Positions 21,228 to 31,560 of a stretch of DNA of 32,000 bases are shown here, in pieces. The stretch lies in contig CM030931.1 in assembly GCA_018136815.1 (NCBI GenBank), forward strand, positions 5,791,515 through 5,823,514. Reading direction: 5' to 3'. The notes below the pieces were generated by a model, which saw only the letters and a list, made by a program, of their open reading frames with translations, was not told where the DNA came from and searched no databases. Origin of the DNA: Isochrysis galbana. Its lineage: Eukaryota. The position numbers and the translations under genes are program-made. The first letter of the stretch is position 1. The number at the start of each line of letters is the position of its first letter.

Positions 21228-23315
21228 TTAATCAACACTTACCACATAGCATTCGTCATCATCGGCGGGATCCTCAGCGACCATGTCTAATTCCCAAGGC
21301 AACACGGTTGACTCCCACCCTTCGAGCTTGGATTCAAGTAACAAGTTTGTGTGAGCCCTCACAAGCCGATCAACCGTGACTTGCCCAAGCCTATTGCGCT
21401 TGCGCGAGTGAATCCAACCTTCCACAGACCAAGCATGTTCGCAACCGGAGGCAGAGCATTGCATGGACACCAAGCGCATCGCAGCCCAGCACAAATGCTT
21501 CCACGGATGCATGTACATCTTGACCCACTTGTACGATGCCATCTTTCGTCCAACCTCCGAAAATGCGTACTGCTCGCATAGGTCGTGAGCCCCGCATGAA
21601 ACAGCCTCTTCAAAATCTGCCAGCTCGCTTAGAAGTGCCGGATATGGGTGATCTACTGTCGACATTTGCCGCAGCACCGCTCGCACATCTTGCTGTTCAA
21701 GGGTGCTGAGATCACGCCTGCAAAATTCAGGCTCGAACCGATATGCCGCGGTCATACACGGGACGTGAAAATACTCCCAACGAGCCATGAAAAAAGCATG
21801 CACCTTCTTCCTTACCCTCTCGTCTACGCCTTCGATAGGATTGTTGTATAGCTGGTCAAGCTGGAGCATGTAGCCGTATACTTTGCCAAGCGTCGCGCCT
21901 GCTCTACCGTCGACCATCCTCAATAGGACAATCGCTGGCTCTAAGAGCCTGATGATGGATCCGACAGTCCCTACGACTTCCTCGTCGCGCACCGCCCTCT
22001 TTGCTTGCATACCCTTTTCTCTTACCTCACGCGGCTGTTTTGATAGCCACTGCTCAAGCTCATCGTCGATAAAGAGCTTCTCGAGTATTTGGACAACGTT
22101 CCGATACCGAACTAGCTTAAGTACTTTGGAGCCGAAGCGTGTCTCCACGTGTCGTAGTAACTCTGTGCCACCGATGGGTCGTTTGTCGCTAGGCACATTC
22201 TCAGCTAGGGCTCGGTATCGCGCGAGGACCTTTTGGTGGTACAAAACAAATTTGACAACATCCCAAACCCGGTCGATGCACTTGGAAAAATCGTGTTCAC
22301 CCCATATGAACTCTCGATCGATTCCCTTCATTCGGATGACCTCCTTATCTGAGCACACATTCTTCATAAAGTTGTCGATGGAATGGGCCGGGCAAATGTA
22401 AGTGAATACATGGGGTGCCTTGGCGGTGATGAGCGGGAAAGACGCTGTGCAAGCGCTGTCCATGCACACACCCACAACTAGACCGGGCTCGAAACCAGCA
22501 ATGTGCTTCAACATAAAATTCGCGATGTATTGCGCGTCCTTCGTTCGTGTCGCCTGATGTGTCAATCGCCTCCAAAAATATGAGCCCAAAGGCATATTGG
22601 CCAGCGCGTTGACGATGGGCCGATGCTGCACGCTTGTCCAACCATCCGAAAGCACGCGAGCAGCTACCCACAAGTCGAAATGGTGCGGTCGCAAGGCAGT
22701 GTGCATCTTTCCCATCGACTTCTCGACGTCGTCGTTCTTCCAGTCAGGCCTCTCACCACGCCATGCTCGTGCGTGCATCTTCGTGTACGCACACCAACGC
22801 AGCTTGAACTCGAGGGGGATCTGATGATGCATGACGTCTGTCGGCTTGGAGGTCTCATTCAGCTTGGGGTCGGTCGGTCCGGGTGTAGGCCCGCGGAAAG
22901 GAGGAAGCTCACGATCGATAGGACCGGCCGCCCAGAAGCAATCCTCACGGCAATTTTCAGGAGGCAGTAGGTCGTCGTCGCTCCAGCCATCCTCTGGCAG
23001 GTCGTAGCCGTCTGCCCACGCTACCTGTGTGATGTTGCGCTTGCCGGCTTTCTTCGCTATGCTGCTCGGGCGCCGCGAATGTCGAGGCCCATCGAGGACC
23101 TCGACGTTGCGGTCAAAGAGGATGGGCTGGTGATTCGGGGGCTGGTACACAGTCATGGTCTTGCTGGCCATCTGGCCGCGCACCTTCGCCGCCTTCTCGA
23201 TCTTCACCTCAGAAGGTGCAATGTCGCGATTGGGCCGCGGCAGGGGTGCCCCTGGAGGGTGCCTAGGAGGAGTGGTCTGTGTGCCCAAAGTAGTGTTGTT
23301 GGCAGTGCCGGGCAT
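21228..23315 (-). mobile_element. hAT-superfamily transposase (long single ORF)
   Basis: 695-aa ORF. 'ALRPHHFDLWVAARVLSDGWTSVQHRPIVNAL...MDSACTASFPLI...ICPAHSIDNFMKNV' resembles the hAT/DUF659 core. The C-terminus 'YKWVKMYMHPWKHLCWAAMRLVSMQCSASGCEHAWSVEGWIHSRKRNRLGQVTVDRLVRAHTNLLL' is a classic hAT dimerisation region. Confidence 0.88.
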
Positions 23316-23319
23316 GGGG

Positions 23320-23460
23320 CAGAGGGGGGGGGGGCGGGGGTAATGCCGTCACGCCTCGCAAGGCGAGTTCGTGCGGGGGTGTGTGTGTGGGGGGGGGGGG
23401 GGGGGCGGGGGGGGGGGAGAATGGGGGGGGGGGGGAGGGGAGGAGGGGGGGGGGCTGTGC
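23320..23460. repeat. Poly-G/GT-rich low-complexity tract
   Basis: Runs of G up to ~16 with gtgtgtgtg. Confidence 0.8.
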
Positions 23461-23741
23461 ATAGAAATGAAAGAGGTAAAGAGGTGAGAAAACGGGAGGG
23501 GTGTTGTTTGGTCACGGAGAGGACCCGTGGGGGAAAAGGGCGGGGGAGGGGGGGGAGAGGAGGGAAACGGGCTCGCGCCAACCTTTCGTGGCAACGTTCT
23601 CCCGCGCTTCTACAACCAAGCACCATTGACGAATTTATGATTGGGAGATCTACCTAGGCCTAGGAGGGGCCCCGTTTCGCTTTCGGAGGCCCCCTAGGGC
23701 CCCGCTAAGCCTCCTAGGGGCTCCCAATATAGCCATATGTG

Positions 23742-23748
23742 CTATAAA
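23742..23748 (+). promoter_or_regulatory. Possible TATA-like element (CTATAAA) upstream of the helicase fusion gene
   Basis: ~146 bp upstream of ATG 23894. Sequence only. Confidence 0.2.
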
Positions 23749-23893
23749 CATGTTCATCGTCCACCACGTGGACTACGGAAGTACTAGGGTTAAGTTCTAA
23801 CAGGGAGGAGGAGAGAGGGTTGGGGGGCGGGACAGGACCGGGGGTGGGGGGCGAGCGAGGGGGCGAGGGAGGGAGGCGGGAGGAGGGCGGTCG

Positions 23894-26800
23894 ATGGTGA
23901 GCACGTTGCTCGCGATCGACTCGACGGACGAGGAGGAGGAGGAGAAGGATGAGGAGGTGATGGTGGAGAGTGGTGCACCTGCTTCTGCTTCTGCTTCTTT
24001 GTCTAGCCCCTCCGCGCCGGCTGCTATGCCTGCGGCCTCCTCCTCCTCCTCCTCCTTCTCTTCCTCCTCCTCTTGCTTCTCCTCTTGCTTCTCCTCTTCC
24101 TCCGAGTGGACTTTGGCGGAGGACGACAAGCTTCGGCAGATTGCAGTGAACAAGGGCACGTGGAGCTGGGGCTCGAAGAACACGCAGCAGAGTCTGCCAA
24201 ACCGGACGCCGGACGAGTGCAAGCGCCGGTGGGAGATGCTGCGTGCTCGGGGGGGGTCCATCAGCGCTGCCGCCAACCCGCCATCGCAAGCCATCGCAGA
24301 GAGAGAGCAGCGGAGGGCGAATGCACTCGCACGCAGCGGAGCGCGAGGGGGGGGGAGCGCAAACGGGAAGGCGAGGGAAGCTGGGATGACGGCTGCAGTG
24401 CAGGCGAATGGCGGGAGGGGCTCGGCGGGGGCAAAGGGTACGGCGGCAGCTTCCACCGGCGCGAGGCCTCCGACAAGGGGGCCTACGCCTGTGGCACTTA
24501 CAAGCGCATCGGGGACGACGACGCCCACCACCGCATCCCCCGCCGTGGCTGGCAGCCGAGCGCCGGCGGCGGGGTCGGCGCCGGCCGCCATGCACGTGTC
24601 CGCGGTGCCTCAACCTCGGGCTCCTTCCGCCAATCCATGTGCGCAGGACCTGCGCAAGATGTGGAGCGCGCCCCCCTCCGCGACTGGCCAGCGAGTAGAG
24701 CTGGGGCTGCAGGCCAGCGCCTCTTCGGCAAGTAGGGCACCAGTCAACGGGGCACCGACCCCTGCGCACACCACCGCATTCGACGAGAACGGCTCTCCCG
24801 TGAGCATGGCGGGCTCGTCCGGCTTCTCGCCGGCTAGCGTGCCGACCTCACCCGGCTTCTCGCCTGCTAGTGTGCCGACCTCGCCCGGCTTCTCGCCGGC
24901 CAGCTTGCCGTCTTCGCCTGCTCGCGCCCTTGTAAGTTCCGGGCCAGCGGTGGCGCATTCGGTGGCGACACACGGAGTCTCGGCGACGCAGCTCTTGATC
25001 AGTGCGGTACCTCCTGAGGTCGATGAGTTGTGGCTCAAGCGTCTCTTCGCGGTAAGGCGAGCGTGGTGGCGAGTGGTGGCGAGTGTCTGCGGCGAAGCAT
25101 ATGGCCGGAGTGGCGGTGTTGCGTGAGTGTGATCAGGCGCGTGGCGAGCTGCGATAGGCGAGGCAGCTCTGCGTGAAGCATGCTCGCTCGGAGTCGCTTC
25201 CGCCACACCGTCGTGCCCCCGCCCCCCGCCCCCTTCATGCGCGCTCACCATTGCCCACCATTTGCCATGCAGAAATACGGCAAAATATCCTACCACGAGC
25301 TTTGTGCTCCGAAGAGGTACGCCCTCGTTCACTTCACGCTCCCACATGAGGCAAAGGCGGCAGTCGACGCCCTCTCGAAGCTCCCCGCTGGCTTTGAATG
25401 GCCACAGACCAAGTCGGGCAGAGAGGTTGCAGCGCCACAGCTCCAAATCAACTTCGCTCAGCATTTGCCCGAGCATACTGGGTGGCACCAGGGTGGGCCG
25501 AGCGACGGCTCGAGCAGCTGCTCCAGTGCTCTGAACCGACAAGATTCGGTCGAGTCGTTCCGTCACAGCCCTGCTCGGCGGAGTAGCCCAGGTGGACACA
25601 GATCTACTAGTGCCGGCAGCTCAGCTTTGCACAGCCTGTCACGGGGGCGCAGCCCACGACGGGGACGTAGCCCACCGCAGGGACGCAGCCCTCCACGCCG
25701 GCGACGCAGCCCTCCACGCCGGCGACGCAGCCCGCCGCGGGGACGCAGCCCGCCGCGGGGACGCAGCCCGCCGCGGGGACGCAGCCCGCCGCGTGGGCGC
25801 AGCCCGCCGCGGGGACGCAGCCCGCCGCGGGGACGCAGCCCGCCGCGTGGGCGCAGCTCGCCGCGTGGGCGCAGCCCGCCGCGGGGGAGCAGCTCGTTGC
25901 AGCGACGTAGTCGCAGCCCACATCGCCAGTTGCAAGGACGCAGACTCCCTCCCAGGGGCCTCGGCCGCAGCTCGCCGCGGGCACCCAGTCCCTCCCGCGA
26001 CCGCAGCCACAGCAGACCCCAGAGACGCAGTCCGCGCCGCGGTCTTGGCAGCAGCCCTCCCAAGGGCCGTGGTCCCTCCTCCGAAGTAGATCGGCACTCA
26101 ACGCCGTATGCCAGAAGGGTGTCAGATAAGGCTGAGGCATCGACGGCGGATGCCCGCCATGTTGCTAAGCTCTACCTTGCTCCGCATGACGTCTCGAAGC
26201 TCATCGGTAGTAACGGCTTCAACATAACTCGGTTGAGACAGCTCTGCAAAGCGCACATTGCAATCGGGCCTCGTCCTTCGTCGGCGGCTGAGAAACAGGT
26301 GGTTACTCTGAACGGATCGGCCGATGAAATCTGGGCGGCCGAGTCCATGATATTAAGGGTGACGAAAGAAAGTGGAGAAAGTGTGCCCGCAGCGTTACCG
26401 GACGCCGTGCCAGCAAGCTGCGCTCCGGCCTTGCCAACAGCGAGTGGCTCAAGTATGTGCGAGGGGTCCGGCGGGCCGGCTAGTCAGCGAGAGGAGGCGC
26501 ATACGGGGGCTGCATCCTCAGCACACGGGCCGAGCACGTTTTCTGCATCTGCTGCGCACCGACGAGCTTCGGCCAACAGCGATGAGGTGGGCGGTTGGGC
26601 AACAATCCAGGCTGCAGTGGCGGTGCCAGCTGGACAAGGATGGGTCGCACGGGAATTAGACCAGCAGCAGAGTAAAATGTGGCATGCCGACCCCATAGAG
26701 GACTCTGAAGGGGTGAACTCAAATGGCGACGTTGGAGCATCACATGCAAGCAACGAGGGCCGTGACCGAAAGGACAGCTCAGAATTGAGTAAACGTGATC

Positions 26801-29800
26801 TCAATCACGGCCCAAAATGCGCCGTAACCAAGCGACAGCGCCTCGACGAGCATGGCGGCGTGCATACCAGCGACGTGAGTGCACATCACGAGAGCCGGCG
26901 ATCTGCGGCTGTCCGCGCCCTCTCAGGTTGGTGCTCGAGCCAAGTGGGCCGGAGAGCAGCGATGGAGGCGTCTCGCGAGCACTTTGTCCACGCCACACTG
27001 AGCGGCCTCGTGGGATACGGGCAAGCGCTTGAGGCGTTCCGCCGAGCCGGCGCCGGCACTATGGGCCTCTCCAACGTTGAGGAATCTTTGGCCAATCGCA
27101 CCTTTGGCTCGGTGGAGGAGTATGTCGGCTGTTGGCGGCCGTTGCTTGTGAAGGAGTTGACCGCATCCCTCGTGGAGTCCGACGGCGGTCGGCGCGCGGA
27201 TGATGTGGCTGGCGGGCGGCGCAGTGGCGGCGAGCGAATCGCCATGGGCCATCTGAGGAAGCCTAGGGAAAGGCTGCAGGTGCTGCCCCCCCAAAGCGCA
27301 TCCTCCGCTCCCAAGGGCACAGACGACGTTGCCGAGCCTGCTCTGGATTGCGTCGAGCTCACGGTGCAGTTTGACGGTGGCAATCTGTTCCTGAGCGAAT
27401 GGGATGTGGTACGTGTTGAGAGCAAGAGCGCCGCTTCCGCTCCAGCTCTCGTGGGCATGGTATGGCGGCGGCGAGCGGAGTCGTCGACTGCAGGAGGGCG
27501 CAGCCGGCTAGTGATCTTCTTGAGCATATGGTGCGTCGCCGCGGAGGCGGCGGCAGAAGTCAGCTACGCTAGCCGTGGAGGGGCGAACGGCTCGCAAGCC
27601 AGAGAGGTGGGCCCCGGCAGGAAGGGCAGCCTTGCAGGTGATATGGTGCGAGCGTTGGTGTGGAAGACGCGGGAAGATGGCCGTGCTCCGAAGAGGCCTT
27701 GCCTGCCGCACGTCCCTCCCCCTTCCCATCCCTATCTCAGCACTCCCCTTCCCCTCTTCCAGGCGGATCGGTGGATGTCGTGCCGCAGGAGAGCGAGGTA
27801 GCTGTCGCATTGATTGGCAGCGCCACGAGTGAATGGCGAGAGTGGCAGTCGTTGCACTCGCTCTTGCGCTCCTCGGGGCAGAGCACGGCTCCGTCTTTGG
27901 GCATCTCCGTCGGGCTGAAGCACGCTCTACTGGGGTGCGGTGACCCTACCGCAGCGCGCTCTTCGTCGATGCAAGCAAGTTGGTCCTTCGCGAGCTCGTC
28001 GTCGGACGACCGGTGGCTCAAGCGGCAGAGGCACATGGAAGCGTTTAATACCCGCTTCCGATTGGACCGGGGGCAGGACCTCGCTCTGCGACACGCTGTT
28101 GAGCTCGCACACAAGAAGTACGAGGGCTTCATCCTGATCCAGGGCCCGCCGGGCACAGGCAAGACTACCACCCTGCTAGGGCTACTCAACGTGTTGCACA
28201 ACGCTGCGCAGCAAGACTACTTCGAGGCTCTATTGCGCTCCACCGACAGGTCATCGCGTACGCCTCCAGCTCTTAGTGCCCGGCCACAGGGATCGGCGGC
28301 AGCTCGACCGTCGATCGACGAGCTCTCGTCGAGCGCTGCCAGGATGACCGAAGCGTACGCGGCTCTTCCGCCCGAGCCGGAAGCGGCGGCGGGCCTGCTC
28401 GCCCCGCCGCCACGTGGCGGTCGCATTCTCGTCTGCGCACATTCCAACTGCGCAGTCGACGAGCTCGTTGACAGGATTCTTGGGAAGCGACCCGCTTTCA
28501 TCGACGAGTACGGTGCCGAGTATGTGCCATCCATCGCGCGTGTTGGTTCGCGCGGCGCCGGCGGGCCATGCTCGCTGATGGTTCGCGTCCATGAGAGAGA
28601 GAAAAGTCTGCGAGAGATGGTCCGGGCGGCCCACGGCACCAATGCATTGCGACAGCGTCTACTTGATAATCTGCAAAAGTTAAAGAGGGATGTTGACCAG
28701 TATAGCTCACGGCGTGCCAGATTGCGAGAGCACTTGTCGGACCTTTCCATCTCAATCGGTACGCCGCCGAGCTGCGCCCTTTGTGGTTGGGCCGCAAACG
28801 GGGGATCATCTAGCCATGAGGCCTTCGTCTCCCGCGGCATCGAGGACCTTGACCGGGGCATCATCCACCTTAGGGAACTCGCCTCCGGGCACCACGCGAC
28901 CCTTCGGGGGCTGGGCTGCCTCCCGCACGACGCCCCTCCCGATGGTCCTCCTGATGCGGAGCGCTTCCGGTCAAAATCGATGAAATCGCTGAGGACGTTC
29001 GTCTTAAATGAGTGCCACATCGTCTTTTGCACCATGTCCTCGGCCGCGGAGCCTATGGTCTCCGAGATGCCAGGGGGGTTCGAGATTGTCCTTTTAGACG
29101 AGGCGGCGCAGGCGAATGAGATCGCGACCCTTGTGCCGATGACACACGGTGCCAGACTCGTGTGTATGATCGGTGATCCTAACCAACTTCCTGCTACAGT
29201 GGTGTCACCCGAAGCTAAGGCGTGCGGTTACGGAACGTCCCTTTTTGAGCGGCTGCAGAACACGGGTCACCCGGTCCACGTGCTCGAGACGCAGTATAGG
29301 ATGCATAGTGCTATCCGCGCCTTCCCGTCACGCCACTTCTATGCCTCTCAGCTGATTGACTCCGAGTCCATAACACGCATGGTACGGAAGCCCCCCGGAT
29401 CAGAGATGGGGCCGCCAGCTTTGTTCCGCGTCGGCCGCCACTCAGACCAAACACACCTGTATGAGTTGCGCCTCGCGCCGTATGCGTTCGTTAATGTCCG
29501 CGGGGGCGTGCAGGAACATGGCGCATCCGGGCAGAGCCACTCACTTCTGAACAAAGCTGAGGCGGCCCTATGCGCAGCGCTTGTCTACGCTCTGCGCCGC
29601 GCGGCATGCGGCGTGCCTTCCGACGAGCGGCCGGCGGGCGGCGGGGAGTCCAAGCCGTGCAAGCACTGTGGTCGAGAGCCCTTCGACACTGGCAGCGGAC
29701 GGTGTGGCTGGGGTGATCTGTGTGGCAGGATAGTGGTCCTCACTCCGTACGTTGCACAACGGGACGAGATCCGCAGGGCCATTGCATTGGTCACACAAGG

Positions 29801-30287
29801 GCTCAATTTGCCCCAGGATGCAATCGAGGTTTCTTCCGTCGACGCCTACCAGGGGCGAGAGGCCGACATCGTCTTGCTATCATGCGTACGTGCCGGCACT
29901 GGCCCGATTGGCTTCGTTCGAGATAAGCGTCGCCTCAACGTTGCGTTGACGCGTGCACGGCATGCGCTCTACGTCATCGGCTCAGAGCCGGCGCTCCGCC
30001 AGGGCTCGACCGATTGGAACGCGTTGCTCGATGACGCCAAATCTCGTGGTCTCTGGTGTGATATCGACGAGCACTGGCTTAAGGGCATTCTCACGATTCA
30101 CGGGGGTGAGGGCCACCGCAAGCTTTGCGCTAAATTCATTCAAAGCCTGCCCCACACGCTCCTCGACGGTTGCAAACCAGGGCTATCCGCGCCGCCTCCT
30201 CGAGAAGGACTGCTTGTCGAGCTTCTCCCAAGACCCGGGCGTCCCTATGGTCCACCTCCTGTGATTCCTACGTGGGTGGGGTATTGA
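23894..30287 (+). CDS. Predicted ~2015-aa multidomain nucleic-acid-binding protein: acidic/Ser-rich N-terminus, Myb/SANT, RRM, RS-like repeat, KH, UPF1-like SF1 helicase. Exons 23894..25051, 25273..27637, 27763..30287
   Basis: Exon lengths 1158+2365+2525 = 6048 nt, a multiple of 3. SANT: 'SEWTLAEDDKLRQIAVNKGTWSWGSKNTQQSLPNRTPDECKRRWEML'. RRM across intron 1: 'LLISAVPPEVDELWLKRLFA|KYGKISYHELCAPKRYALVHFTLPHEAKAAVDAL'. KH: 'LYLAPHDVSKLIGSNGFNITRLRQLCKAHIAIG'. Helicase: 'GPPGTGKTTT', 'IVLLDEAAQ', 'IGDPNQLPATV', 'VETQYRMHSAI', 'VLTPYVAQRDEI', 'SSVDAYQGREADIVLLSCVR', 'KRRLNVALTRARHALYVIGS'. Confidence 0.82.
25052..25272 (+). other. Predicted 221-bp phase-0 intron, splitting the RRM
   Basis: TTCGCG|GTAAGG ... 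TTTGCCATGCAG|AAATACGG. Splicing yields a continuous RRM. Confidence 0.85.
25640..26090 (+). repeat. Coding 18-bp tandem repeat (~GGACGCAGCCCGCCGCGG) encoding RGRSPP/RRRSPP (RS-like domain)
   Basis: Visible periodic repetition; the translated track reads '(RGRSPP)n'. Confidence 0.92.
27638..27762 (+). other. Predicted 125-bp phase-1 intron joining the KH part to the helicase part
   Basis: CTTGCAG|GTGATA ... CCCCTCTTCCAG|GCGGATCG with a polypyrimidine tract. It joins '...GRKGSLA-G-GSVDVVPQESEV...' in frame. Confidence 0.78.
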
Positions 30288-30639
30288 TGAAGGCGGTGTT
30301 CTGCGCTTTGTCTAGAACCCGAGCTCTTAATCTTTCGAGTATCCTCCTTCAGGCATCACAAGTCCTCGCCGTGAGCGCTCCATCGTTATTGTGAGTTGTG
30401 ATTACTGCTCAGCTCATGCCAGAAGGCAAAGCATGAGGTTGAGGTTGACCGACAGGACCCCGGAGGGGAATTGGAGCCTGAGGGGGAAGGCACGAGGCGC
30501 CCCCCAATGTAAACCAAGTTATGAGCTATAAACTTGAAAATGCGACCTAATCAAAGAAACCTGTCAGTCCCGCGCGGGTGGCGTGAACACCGAACAACAA
30601 GAAGGGATTTTTCATAAATCTGTTTTTTTCAATCAAGCT

Positions 30640-30730
30640 CCTGGAGGCTAGCTCAGTCTCGGGGGGCAGAGGAGGCTGGGGCTAGGCCCTTGCCTCCTCT
30701 GTCTCTACCTCGCCGGCGCTCCTAAGCTCC
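30640..30730 (-). repeat. Possible third, partial and inverted member of the GC-rich repeat family
   Basis: The reverse complement contains 'gccggcgaggtagagacagaggaggcaagggcctagccccagcctcctctgcccccc', resembling 31430..31490 and ~1800..1870. Confidence 0.5.
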
Positions 30731-31161
30731 TGGGGCCCCCATGCTGCACCTATTTGCTTGTCAAACAGGGGGGGTGAGCGGTTGGAGCAATGGGAATGGG
30801 CTGGCCCTTGTCTGTGGGCCGAGGACCAAGGAGTGAGGCAGAGCCAGGCAAGCCTGTGGGGAGGGGAATGGGTCAGGAGGGCAGTCTCAGTCTCCTCCTC
30901 GCATGCCATAAGGCCCATGGCGCTCAAGGGGCACCACGCACCCTCGTCCCTGCAAGTGTCGGCAAAGTTGAGGGGTAGAATTGTATATATACATGCTACT
31001 ACTATTATTGTCGATTTAATCCTAGATGATGCGATTTCTAGGCTCTTATTTCCAGGTCCTTCGCCGTGCGGCCACACGGTGAAGCTCAGGTACATCTGGG
31101 TTGGTAGGGTTCGTCCCTAGCGACCTAGAATTCGGGTTCTCGTTTCGTTCCTTCTAGCCTC

Positions 31162-31560
31162 AACTATCAGTAAAACTGATAGGGTCATGGGGGCCCCGTG
31201 CCCCCCTTCCTCCATCGCAGACACCCCCTGGTTGGGCCTGCACACTCAACCTCAGCCCCTGCCTGCAGGCAGGGGCTGAGCTGCCATCAGTCTGGCACAG
31301 ACCCTCGCCGAGCGCGCGCTGCGCGCCGCACGCATTCGCCTGCACTGGCCCTCGATCGTACTGACCCCCCACTCCACCACTGAGCCACAGACCACCTGAG
31401 CCGCCAGGAGGGCACCCAAGGCCAGCGAGGCCAGCGAGGGAGAGGCAGGAGAGGCCAGGGGCTCAGCCCCAGCCTCCACTGCCCCCTGAGCTGGCCCAGC
31501 TGGCCCTCTGGGGGGACCCGAGGGGCCCCTCAGAGGGGTGCCATGGCGCGCGCAGGCATC
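31162..31560 (+). repeat. Diverged second copy of the GC-rich element found at 1537..2470 (right boundary not determined)
   Basis: 31162 onward 'aactatcag...catgggggccccgtgccccccttcctccatcgcagacaccccctggttgggcctgcacactcaacctcagcccctgcc' aligns by eye with 1537 onward 'aacctactt...aatgggggcctcgcgcccccctcacaccatcgcggacaccccccggggtgggcccgtacaatcaaccccagcccctgcc'. The 'gccagcgag...gagaggcag...ccaggggctcagccccagcctccactg' block is also shared. Confidence 0.85.
31251..31280. repeat. Perfect 30-bp palindrome CTCAGCCCCTGCCTGCAGGCAGGGGCTGAG
   Basis: Direct reading. Corresponds to stem-loop GCCCCTGCC-CTTT-GGCAGGGGC at 1631..1652 in the other copy. Confidence 0.95.

Noticed and set aside
23714-25599. 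Minus-strand ORFs opposite exon 1 (23714..24769, 24610..25599) and alternate + frame 24073..24735
   Set aside because: Low-complexity Arg/Pro/Ala/Ser-rich translations with no recognisable domain. The SANT and RRM halves support the opposing + frame.
25640-26090. CRISPR-like array
   Set aside because: The repeats are contiguous 18-bp units without unique spacers and lie in a coding exon of a eukaryotic gene.
25563-26140. Long antisense and alternate-frame ORFs over the RS repeat (e.g. 25607..26140 -, 25639..26097 -, 25592..26089 +)
   Set aside because: An 18-bp GC-rich repeat without stop codons keeps other frames open. Domain evidence supports only the 25180..27801 (+) frame.
27927-29035. 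Antisense ORFs within the helicase region (28217..29035 - and others)
   Set aside because: Shadows of high GC3 coding sequence. All SF1 helicase motifs are on the plus strand.
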